IMG/VR virus record: IMGVR_UViG_3300005437_000001
Length of the DNA: 64,000 nucleotides
From: an uncultured virus (IMG/VR IMGVR_UViG_3300005437_000001)
Taxonomy: Duplodnaviria; Heunggongvirae; Uroviricota; Caudoviricetes
Direction: 5' to 3' (one strand)
A program made the translations under genes and the position numbers. Shown piece after piece: positions 56,069-63,596 of the stretch. A model generated the notes under the pieces. It searched no databases and had not been told where the DNA came from. It saw only the letters and a list, made by a program, of their open reading frames with translations. Numbering within the stretch: position 1 is the stretch's first letter; every line of letters starts with the position of its first letter.

Positions 56069-56970
56069 TGGTGTATCTGGCCAGGCCGATCGATCTGGCC
56101 GACGGGCTGCCCAACTGGCTGTACGACGCGGCCAGCATGGTCGAGGACGAGCTGGTGCTGGGGCAGCACGACGTGTACCGCCCCGCCCACGCGTTCCGGG
56201 CCGGTGAGGTGAGCGCGGCCATCCAGCATGTGAACGAGTTCGCGCTTGCGTCGGCCCGAGGGGGGGTGGCGCTGTTGCCTGCCGGGGTGCCGACCCTGGG
56301 GACGCCGGACGAGATCGCCCAGCTGGTCCGGTCGGCCCGGCCGTCCCTGATCGTGACCGACATCGAGGTGTCGGCCGTCCTGCGGTCCTGGGAGCGGTGG
56401 ACCCACGTCAAGGTGGTGTACCCGGACGTGGGCGAGATCAAGGCGGGCGCCGCGTGGATGCTGGAGCAGCTGGCCCTGCTGGAGCGATTCGACGGCGACC
56501 GCCGCCCGCTGGTGTTCGAGCCGGTGGCTACCGACACGCTGACCCAGGTGTCCGAGGTCGGCGGGACGCTGCGGTCCCTGCTGCCGGTGCGCGGGTACCC
56601 GGACGACGCCGGGCTGGACCTGATCGTGAGCACCGACACCGAGGTACCGGCGGGCGCGTTCGTCGACGTGCCCAGCGGAGTCAAGGTGGACCTGCCGCAC
56701 GGGACGTGGGCGATGATCACCGGTCGCTCGTCGTCGCTGCGGCGCCGGAACCTGCTGGTCAGCACCGGAGTCATCGACGCCGGGTGGACCGGCGAGCTGT
56801 TCGCCGGGGTCAAGAACCTAGGCGATACGGACACCGTGCTGGCGGCGGGCGACCGGATCGCCCAGCTGATCCTGCTGCCCGCGCCGGTCGTGGACTACGT
56901 GCCGCGCTGGGGGCAGGTCCGCACCGACAAGTCGCGCGGCGTCAACGGATTCGGGTCGAGCGGTGCCTGA
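56068..56970 (+). CDS. Nucleoside deoxyribosyltransferase-like domain fused to trimeric dUTPase domain
   Basis: N-terminal VYLARPID...TLGTPDEI; C-terminal DAGLDL, GRSS, GVIDAGWTGE, DRIAQL and RG.NGFGSSG. Confidence 0.8.
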   Translation: MVYLARPIDLADGLPNWLYDAASMVEDELVLGQHDVYRPAHAFRAGEVSAAIQHVNEFALASARGGVALLPAGVPTLGTPDEIAQLVRSARPSLIVTDIEVSAVLRSWERWTHVKVVYPDVGEIKAGAAWMLEQLALLERFDGDRRPLVFEPVATDTLTQVSEVGGTLRSLLPVRGYPDDAGLDLIVSTDTEVPAGAFVDVPSGVKVDLPHGTWAMITGRSSSLRRRNLLVSTGVIDAGWTGELFAGVKNLGDTDTVLAAGDRIAQLILLPAPVVDYVPRWGQVRTDKSRGVNGFGSSGA

Positions 56971-57175
56971 CCAGACTCCGCCTGCGGGCCCCGGACCTCA
57001 GGGTCCGGGGCCCGACCCGTCGCGTCGGCCACGGCGCGACGAGCTGTGGCGGCGCGACCGGGTGATGAGCGTGATAAGATGTCGGGCATGTGCGGCCAAG
57101 GGCCGCACCACCGCGATGTGGGACGTAGTCGACGTACACATATTACTGTGTCTGATCTGCGACCGTGTGGTCTGA
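56963..57175 (+). CDS. Small CxxC...CxxC protein
   Basis: CRAC...CLIC. Confidence 0.45.
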   Translation: MPDQTPPAGPGPQGPGPDPSRRPRRDELWRRDRVMSVIRCRACAAKGRTTAMWDVVDVHILLCLICDRVV

Positions 57176-57188
57176 AAAACATCGGCCT

Positions 57189-57226
57189 TTGACAGCTTGA
57201 CAAGAGTAGTCTACGGGTGGTTTAAT
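57189..57226 (+). promoter_or_regulatory. Strong promoter and operator
   Basis: TTGACA-18-TTTAAT; operator TTGAC-AGCTT-GACAA. Confidence 0.75.
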
Positions 57227-57278
57227 TTTCTTAGTGGGGCCGACAGGCGGCCCCGAGAGAAACCCGAGGAGACCCGAG

Positions 57279-57821
57279 ATGGCCGCCAAGACGATCACCG
57301 CCCAGACCCCTGAGGCCCAGGCCGAGAAGCCCTGCCTGTGCGGCGCGTACGAGCTGGAGATCGGTAGCGACGCCGAGACGATGGAGTACGCCGACACCGG
57401 CTGCCGGTCGCACACCACCCGCGACTTCGCCCCCGGCCACGACGCGAAGCTGAAGGCCCTGCTGATCCGGGCGGGCGTCGAGGACCGCAGCGTGCGGGTC
57501 AACACGGGCGGAGTGGTCCGCGTGACCACGGCCGAGGACGCCGCCGCCGCGTTCCCGTTCGCCTACATGGTGACCAACGGCATCAAGAACGGCAGGGAGA
57601 AGGCGGCGGCCCGCGCCGCGCGCAAGGCCGAGCGGGACGCCCGCAAGGCCGACGCCCCGGCCAAGACCCCCCGCCCCCGCAAGGCCAAGGTGACCGAGGC
57701 CACCATCAAGATCGGGCGCTGGGTGTACGCGGCCAAGATCGACGCCAGTGGCAACGCGACCTATGAGACCTCCGGCGGCGAGGTGCGCACCTCTCCGGCG
57801 GACAAGTACAAGATCGTGTGA
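57279..57821 (+). CDS. Highly expressed Zn-binding hypothetical protein
   Basis: CLCG...C...T.R.FAPGHDAKLK; extreme codon bias; followed by a GC hairpin. Confidence 0.75.
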   Translation: MAAKTITAQTPEAQAEKPCLCGAYELEIGSDAETMEYADTGCRSHTTRDFAPGHDAKLKALLIRAGVEDRSVRVNTGGVVRVTTAEDAAAAFPFAYMVTNGIKNGREKAAARAARKAERDARKADAPAKTPRPRKAKVTEATIKIGRWVYAAKIDASGNATYETSGGEVRTSPADKYKIV

Positions 57822-57917
57822 ACCGGTCGGACCGGCCGGGTCGGACCGGGCCCCGAACAGGGGGTCCGGCACCGGCCCAGTCGGGCCGTCCGGCCCGGCG
57901 TATGAGAGGAGACGTCA

Positions 57918-58151
57918 ATGGCTTCCGGATCTCGGTTGGCAAGGTTCCTGCGCAGGGTGGACGCCGCGCTGTCGGGGGACGCGACCCCGGCCAACCGCAA
58001 CGGGCGCGGGTTCCAGGGGTTCAAGCCGCTGGAGGACGACGGCGGGATGTGGGCGCGCTGCAGCGTGTGCGGAGATCTGGACCGGGTGCGGACCGAGTCG
58101 GCCAAGCACTCCCTGGAGAAGGGACACTGGGACCGTGAACACGCGGGTTAG
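57918..58151 (+). CDS. Small Zn-finger-like protein
   Basis: ARCSVCG...H....H; GAGGAG RBS. Confidence 0.55.
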   Translation: MASGSRLARFLRRVDAALSGDATPANRNGRGFQGFKPLEDDGGMWARCSVCGDLDRVRTESAKHSLEKGHWDREHAG

Positions 58152-58222
58152 ACCGGCATCAACCCCTGAAGGCTTGACCGCCTGGCAAGAGGGGGGTGTA
58201 CTGGCGGAGGAGGTGGTCGCAC

Positions 58223-58573
58223 ATGGTGGTGCGCCGAGGGTACCTGGTGGCCAGCACCGTCCGGCAGCTGGTGGGGTACGTGCTAAAGGTCGACTACGAC
58301 ATGGTGCAGGTTCAGCCGATGTCGGTGTCGGGCCGGTGGGAGCCGGAGGACGTCCTGCTGTCCGACCTGGTGGTGGTCGGCCCGGTGTTCGCGCCGGGGG
58401 AGCTGGTCTGTCCGGCGGAGGACAGGAACGAGGAGCGGCCCCGCTGGGGACGGGTGCTGGCGCCGGGAGACAGCTGCCTGGTGCTGTGGTCGGACGACTC
58501 GCACACGGTCAGCGTCGAGGCCGTCCGGCTACGTTCTCTGACTATCTGGCAATCGGTCGCGCTGGGCGTCTAG
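58223..58573 (+). CDS. Hypothetical protein
   Basis: GGAGGAGG RBS; promoter and operator at 58174-58202. Confidence 0.55.
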   Translation: MVVRRGYLVASTVRQLVGYVLKVDYDMVQVQPMSVSGRWEPEDVLLSDLVVVGPVFAPGELVCPAEDRNEERPRWGRVLAPGDSCLVLWSDDSHTVSVEAVRLRSLTIWQSVALGV

Positions 58574-58951
58574 GTATCTGGATGCTGGTTCCGATCGCGC
58601 TGGCGGGCGGGTTCTCGTGCAGCTCCATCCTCAGCCTGCACTACCCGCCCGGCCCGGTGCTGTCCCAGAACGCGGCCCTGTTCTGCGCGCTGTCGGTGCT
58701 GGCGGTCGGCCAGTGGTGGGCCGCCGAGCTGCGCCGCCGGTACTGGGCGCACCGGGTTCCGTCCAGCCAGGCGGTCCGGCGGCGGTCTCGGTGAACTGGG
58801 TGCATGGGGCGCTGTTCGCCGCTGCCGTCGGGGCAGCCGCCGATCAGGCGGGAGTGTGGGCATTCTACGCGTGGCGGGGGTGGCTGCTGTTCCGCAAGGT
58901 GTACCGGTTCAACAGGGAGCAGGTCCGGGCCGACCGGGCGCGCCGAGGGGG

Positions 58952-58980
58952 TTGACAGACGGTCAAGGTCCTGGTTTAAT
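58952..58980 (+). promoter_or_regulatory. Strong promoter with perfect operator
   Basis: TTGACA-17-TTTAAT; operator TTGAC-AGACG-GTCAA. Confidence 0.78.
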
Positions 58981-59025
58981 TTTAAGTGTGGGGCCGACGG
59001 GCGGCCCCCGCGAGAGGAGGCCGAC

Positions 59026-59382
59026 ATGGGCGAGAACGAGCTGAGTCGGGACCAGGTCGAGTGGGCGTGCGGGACGTACTTCACCAACCTGACCATGACC
59101 AGGGCGCGCGTGGCCGACGAGCTGGCGCGCGGGCAGATGGTCAGCTCGCATAACCTGGGCTCGCTGCTCAAGGCCCAGGCCGATTGGAAGCTGTACGGCA
59201 AGCTGCAGTCCGATGAGGCCTACCGGTACGATCTGGTGGGTGCCCTGCGCGAGACGGTGAAGGAGGCCAGCCGGATCCTGCGGAATACCGGCCGCCACAC
59301 CGACGCGGTGGACCGGGCGCAGGCCGAGTTCGAGCGCCACGCGGCGGCAGCGTTCCTGAACACGTGGGAGCAGTACCTGTAG
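59026..59382 (+). CDS. Hypothetical protein
   Basis: GAGGAGG RBS. Confidence 0.65.
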   Translation: MGENELSRDQVEWACGTYFTNLTMTRARVADELARGQMVSSHNLGSLLKAQADWKLYGKLQSDEAYRYDLVGALRETVKEASRILRNTGRHTDAVDRAQAEFERHAAAAFLNTWEQYL

Positions 59383-59391
59383 AGCATAGAC

Positions 59392-59433
59392 GGCGGCGCC
59401 CCGGACCCGTGGTGGGAGGTCTGGGGCGCCGCC
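59392..59433. terminator. Hairpin between convergent genes
   Basis: GGCGGCGCCCC.GACC...GGTC.GGGGCGCCGCC. Confidence 0.65.
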
Positions 59434-59461
59434 TTGCCGGTCTCTGGGCGGTACCAGTGTA

Positions 59462-59644
59462 TCAGTCGGAGACGACCAGCGTGAGCTTGCCCTTGGTGAT
59501 CTTGCGGATGTCGGCCACCTGCAGGCCGTTCTGCGAGAACGCGGCCTCCAGGGCGGTCTGCATGCCCTCGGCGGTGTAGGGCTCGCCGTACAGGGCGGTG
59601 TCCTTCTCGTCGTCGGTCTCCACGACGATGGCGAATCTGGCCAC
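59462..59644 (-). CDS. Hypothetical protein
   Basis: AGGAGG RBS and GTG start; minus-strand promoter and operator at 59687-59715. Confidence 0.65.
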   Translation of the reverse strand: MARFAIVVETDDEKDTALYGEPYTAEGMQTALEAAFSQNGLQVADIRKITKGKLTLVVSD

Positions 59645-60072
59645 GGTGTCCTCCTGGTGTGGTAGTGAGTGCCGCTGCACAGGACCACGGTACACTACCC
59701 TTGTCAGTCTGGCAAGTCTCCCGGGCCGTCCGCGCACGGCTGCACGATGGTCCGGCCGCGCGGGGGCGGCGGTACGTCGGCGTCCTCGCGGGCGGCACAG
59801 CGCAGGGCGGCACGCGCGGACCGCCAGGTCGCCGCCGCCGCGTGGGCCATCACGTCCGGATCCAGGGTGGACTCCCCCCTGACGTCCAGCTGGTCGGCGA
59901 CGACCTCGACGCGGGGGCCGGAGTCGGACTCGTAGATCTTGACGGCGATCAAGAGACCTCGATTCAGTGGTCGATATGGCATGGGAGGGGTGGCGCAGGA
60001 CGGGCGCCACCCCACCACACTCCTTGCGCGGTCGTCCAGTGCTACCCACCGTGCGGCTGGTACCATGGGAGC

Positions 60073-60522
60073 ATGGCAGCCAAGCCGACATCAGCCAAGC
60101 TGTACCAGACGCCGCAGGACTCCGGGCAGTCGCAGAGCGGCCCGGTGTACGGCGCGGTACCCGCGCCGCAACCCTCTCAAGCCATGACCTTCGACCAGAG
60201 GTACCACCCGCACGCGGCGGCCGAGATGAACAGCGACATGCCGCTGCCACCGACCGACCCCGACCCGCGCGTGCCGCCGGTAGGCGCCCGCGTGGTGCAC
60301 CGCACGTCGGGTCAGGAGGGCGTGGTGACCGGGCACCGGCCGCACGGGTACTCCGGCACGGCCGTGCCCCAGGTCGTGTGGGCGGGCGAGGATATGTCGT
60401 GGCCGCAAGGTGTGAGCGCCAACGCGTTGAGGGTGCAAGGGTCCGAGCCCTCCGATCTGTACACCGGGACCCAGTCGGCGGCGTCGATCCGGCCGCGCAA
60501 CCGGAACACTGGAGCGCTGTGA
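60073..60522 (+). CDS. SH3/KOW-like family paralog 1
   Basis: PPVGARVVHRTSGQEGVV.G...GYS...P.V.W.G; TACCAT lies 7 nt upstream. Confidence 0.6.
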   Translation: MAAKPTSAKLYQTPQDSGQSQSGPVYGAVPAPQPSQAMTFDQRYHPHAAAEMNSDMPLPPTDPDPRVPPVGARVVHRTSGQEGVVTGHRPHGYSGTAVPQVVWAGEDMSWPQGVSANALRVQGSEPSDLYTGTQSAASIRPRNRNTGAL

Positions 60523-60794
60523 TGTCGAATCCCGCATACTCCCCGGACGGCGGCGCCAGCGTGCCCAGGTCCAGCCGGGACAGCGAGCGGCAGACGCCCC
60601 GGGGGGTGGGCGGTACCGCGCTGCCCGCCATCGGGTCCCGCGTGCGGCACCGCCTGAGCGGACAGACCGGCCAGCTGGTGGACTACCAGCGCGACCCGTT
60701 CCTGAAGGACGTGGCGCACGGTATCGTCAACTGGACCGGCGACGGCGACGGGTTCGGCCAGGGCTACGCCGACACCAACCTGATCAAGTTCTGA
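60522..60794 (+). CDS. SH3/KOW-like family paralog 2
   Basis: LPAIGSRVRHRLSGQTG...VNW.G. Confidence 0.6.
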   Translation: MSNPAYSPDGGASVPRSSRDSERQTPRGVGGTALPAIGSRVRHRLSGQTGQLVDYQRDPFLKDVAHGIVNWTGDGDGFGQGYADTNLIKF

Positions 60795-60940
60795 GGGTTG
60801 GTTTCACGGGAAACGCGGTTGCGCTGCCGGGAAGCGGCGCGCTAGAGTGGTGGCAGATGGGGAAGGACCGGGCGCTGTGGCAGGCGCTCAGGCCGCGACC
60901 CCCGCACCTGGCACGGTGCGGGGGTCGCAGTGTATCCGGG

Positions 60941-61231
60941 TCAGAGCAGGTCGTACAGCTTGTCGGACAGGCCGGTCAGCTCGCGGCTGGCGCCGAAATC
61001 GCGGTCTGTCGACGCGCGCCCGATCGCAGCCAGCAGCAACCGGATATCGGTGTTGGTCAGGTCGATGGACATGGTGGCGTCCGGGTGGGCGACTGCCAGC
61101 AGGCTGCTGATGATCTCGCCCCGGTTGCGGCGCCACCACTCGTCAAAGTCGGGGCAGTTGTCCATCTGCTCGTCCCGGTGGTCCCCTCCGGCGTCGAACG
61201 CTCGCTCCATGATGTCGCGCAGGGTGCTCAT
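60941..61231 (-). CDS. Hypothetical protein
   Basis: AAGGAG RBS; coupled to the upstream gene. Confidence 0.6.
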   Translation of the reverse strand: MSTLRDIMERAFDAGGDHRDEQMDNCPDFDEWWRRNRGEIISSLLAVAHPDATMSIDLTNTDIRLLLAAIGRASTDRDFGASRELTGLSDKLYDLL

Positions 61232-61524
61232 GCCGATTGCTCCTTGATCCACTGGTTGACGGTGTCGTAAGAGAACAGGACGCCCGCACGGCGCTCACCC
61301 TCGGGGTGGGCGTCCCACCACGCGGTCAGCCGCTCGTTGTGCAGGTCCATGACCACCCGGAACACCCGGTCCAGGGCGCCGTCCAGGGTGCGGGCCCGGC
61401 CGATCGCGGCGGAGATCTGCGCGTCGGTCAGGTCGGCCAGGCTGGCGCAACCGATGCTCCAGCGTCCGAGGTTCTCGGCGACGTGGTCCTTGACCTGCTG
61501 GGTGAGTTCCTGCTGCCGGGTCAT
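61228..61524 (-). CDS. Hypothetical protein
   Basis: GAGGGAG RBS. Confidence 0.6.
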   Translation of the reverse strand: MTRQQELTQQVKDHVAENLGRWSIGCASLADLTDAQISAAIGRARTLDGALDRVFRVVMDLHNERLTAWWDAHPEGERRAGVLFSYDTVNQWIKEQSA

Positions 61525-61553
61525 CGTCGTCTCCCTCAGTCCGTGAGTCGGGC

Positions 61554-61790
61554 TCACCAGCGGGCCCACAGCACCTTCAGGGTCTTGACGCTGGCGCGGT
61601 GGTCCTTGGGGTCCACCTCGGCCGTGTTCAGCGACCCGCTGTAGAGGTTGGTCAGCTGCAGCCGGGCCTCGACCATGGCGTCCTGGATCGTCTCGTAGCC
61701 GCCAGTCGTCCGGCAGCCCGCGAACACCCAGCGCCCGCCCGGGTTGTTGAAGCTGACCTCGGTGCCCTCGATCGTCCTGGTCTCGGCCAT
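61554..61790 (-). CDS. Hypothetical protein
   Basis: First gene after the leftward promoter. Confidence 0.65.
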   Translation of the reverse strand: MAETRTIEGTEVSFNNPGGRWVFAGCRTTGGYETIQDAMVEARLQLTNLYSGSLNTAEVDPKDHRASVKTLKVLWARW

Positions 61791-61834
61791 CGCCCTGTCC
61801 CTTCGTCCGGCGGCCGGTCGGCCGCTCTATTACT

Positions 61835-61863
61835 AGTAAACCACCCCCTTGACCGTCTGTCAA
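61835..61863 (-). promoter_or_regulatory. Leftward promoter with perfect operator
   Basis: TTGACA-17-TTTACT; operator is the exact reverse complement of 58952-58966. Confidence 0.78.
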
Positions 61864-62029
61864 GTTCAAGGTTGACGTTGGTCAGGACCACTTGCGCCCC
61901 TGCGAAGCGGCGGGGTACGGTGGGTGTGTGCCCGGTCCGGCGGCCTCCCCGATCCGCCGGGGGCACGGCCCGCCAGCAGGCGGCCGGACGGCGCCACCCC
62001 CCCGCCCCGTCCGGCCGCCGGTCTGGCAG

Positions 62030-62113
62030 GGGAGCTGTGGCGCAGCGGCCAGCGCGTCGAGCCAACAAGCGGTAAAGGCTCGAAGGTCCCGGGTTCGAAC
62101 CCCGGCGCTCCCA
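62030..62113 (+). tRNA. tRNA-like RNA with non-canonical anticodon arm
   Basis: Cloverleaf: D stem GCGC/GCGC, T arm CCGGG-TTCGAAC-CCCGG, acceptor GGGAGC(T)G/CGCTCCC; anticodon arm is 7 bp with a 13-nt loop. Confidence 0.75.
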
Positions 62114-62437
62114 CCGTTCGACAGCAGGAGGCAGCAGCCTGGACGCGTAACCGTGGTCGCACACACGGCGATAGTCTGGCCGGGCACCACACCGGTCTGC
62201 GAACGAGTACCCGGCCCGGTGCTGCCGAGAGGCGCACCGGGCCGGTGTCATCCGCGCTGGGAGGTGCGCCGTGAGACCGAATGTCCGACCGTGGCCGGTG
62301 ATGGTCGTGTGGCTGATGCTGCTGGGCAGCTGGTGGGTCGTGCGGGTCCTGTGCTGGGAGCTGCCCCGGCTGGCGTGGGACCTCGTATCCGCCCGGTGGG
62401 ATTGTCAGGCGGTCAAGCCGCGTGATGGAGTTCCGGC

Positions 62438-63010
62438 ATGGACGAGATCATACCCGGAGACGAGAGAGAGTGGGTCGCCGCCGCACAGGCGGGGGACCCT
62501 GACGCGTTCGGCCGGATCTACAGCGCCACTGTCGGGCGGGTGCGCGGGTACGTGCGGGTGCGGTGTCGGACCCCGGCCGACGCCGAGGACACGGTACAGG
62601 ACGTTTACCTCAAGGCGTGGCGCAGTATCGGTTCGTATTCGCATGAGCGGCCGATCGTCGCGTGGCTGGTGACGATAGCACACAACCGCCTGGCCGACCA
62701 GGCCCGGGTGGGCGCGCGCCGCCGGGCGATCGCGGACGTGGCGGTGGGGCTGGAGGGGGTCGAAGTCGAGCTGGTGTCGGACCGGTGTCCGGGGCCGGAG
62801 GATAGGATGCTGATGCGCGAGGAGGCGTCGGCCGCCGTGTCGCTGCTGCGGGGGATACCGCTGCGGCGGGCGGCCGTAGTGGCGATGACGGCCGACGGAT
62901 GGTCGACCGAGGAGATAGCGCAGGCGGTGGGGTGCAGCGAGAGCGGAGTCAGGGGTCTGAGATTCAGGGCGGTCGAGGCGGTGCGCGCCCGTGTCCAGAC
63001 GGTGGTGTGA
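62438..63010 (+). CDS. ECF-type RNA polymerase sigma factor
   Basis: GD.DAF..IY, DAED.VQDVYLKAW and AWL.TIAHN; region 4 EIA..VG.S...VR. Confidence 0.9.
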   Translation: MDEIIPGDEREWVAAAQAGDPDAFGRIYSATVGRVRGYVRVRCRTPADAEDTVQDVYLKAWRSIGSYSHERPIVAWLVTIAHNRLADQARVGARRRAIADVAVGLEGVEVELVSDRCPGPEDRMLMREEASAAVSLLRGIPLRRAAVVAMTADGWSTEEIAQAVGCSESGVRGLRFRAVEAVRARVQTVV

Positions 63011-63239
63011 GCAGACCGGCAAGTACAAGTACCCGACCGAGCTGGAGGCCCAGCTGGCGCTGCTGGACATACACTTCAGGCTGCGCAACGAGGATCAGAA
63101 GATCGAGCGGGTGACCTGTGCGACGCATCCGTGCGATCACTGCGGCCTGTGGCATCTGACCGGCAATAAGCCGGACGGCAAGTACCGGAGGGGATTGGGC
63201 GATGCCATCCGCCCGGACTGGCGTCCGGGCGGGGGGTAA
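62991..63239 (+). CDS. Small Zn-binding protein
   Basis: C..TGK..Y....A...C.HCG.WHLT. Confidence 0.7.
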   Translation: MSRRWCEQTGKYKYPTELEAQLALLDIHFRLRNEDQKIERVTCATHPCDHCGLWHLTGNKPDGKYRRGLGDAIRPDWRPGGG

Positions 63240-63296
63240 ACTGGGGACATGATCACTACCGATTGCACCCCGCGCCTCACAGCGGAGCTGTGAGGC

Positions 63297-63596
63297 GTGG
63301 ACACTGGTGACAGCCTGGCCTACGACTCGTACCTGGGCGGGATGAACCCGGGGTCCAGTTACAGCGGCCAGCCGAACATCAAACCGACCGACCGCGCCGA
63401 CATGGCGCTGCCGAAAGTGGGCGCGAGCGTGCGCCACGCCAAGAGCGGCGAGAGCGGCACGGTTGTCGGGCACGTGCGCCACGGCTACTCGGCCGAGCGG
63501 CTGCCCGTGGTGAAGTGGAACGGCCAGCCGGGCGGTCCCGGGGACGCTCCCCCGTCGCAGGGGTACTCGCTCGACAGTTTGACAAACCCGACATGA
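63297..63596 (+). CDS. SH3/KOW-like family paralog 3
   Basis: LPKVGASVRHAKSGESGTVVGH..HGYS...PVV.W.G. Confidence 0.65.
   Translation: MDTGDSLAYDSYLGGMNPGSSYSGQPNIKPTDRADMALPKVGASVRHAKSGESGTVVGHVRHGYSAERLPVVKWNGQPGGPGDAPPSQGYSLDSLTNPT

Noticed and set aside
173..59998. G-rich motif as merely a Shine-Dalgarno sequence, or as a strictly strand-polarised Chi-like site
   Set aside because: Most copies are mid-gene and carry a second upstream box, so it is not just an RBS; two complete minus-strand copies (26831, 36810) rule out strict polarity.
62030..62113. Assigning an amino-acid identity to the tRNA
   Set aside because: There is no 7-nt loop or U33-anchored anticodon, so identity cannot be read.
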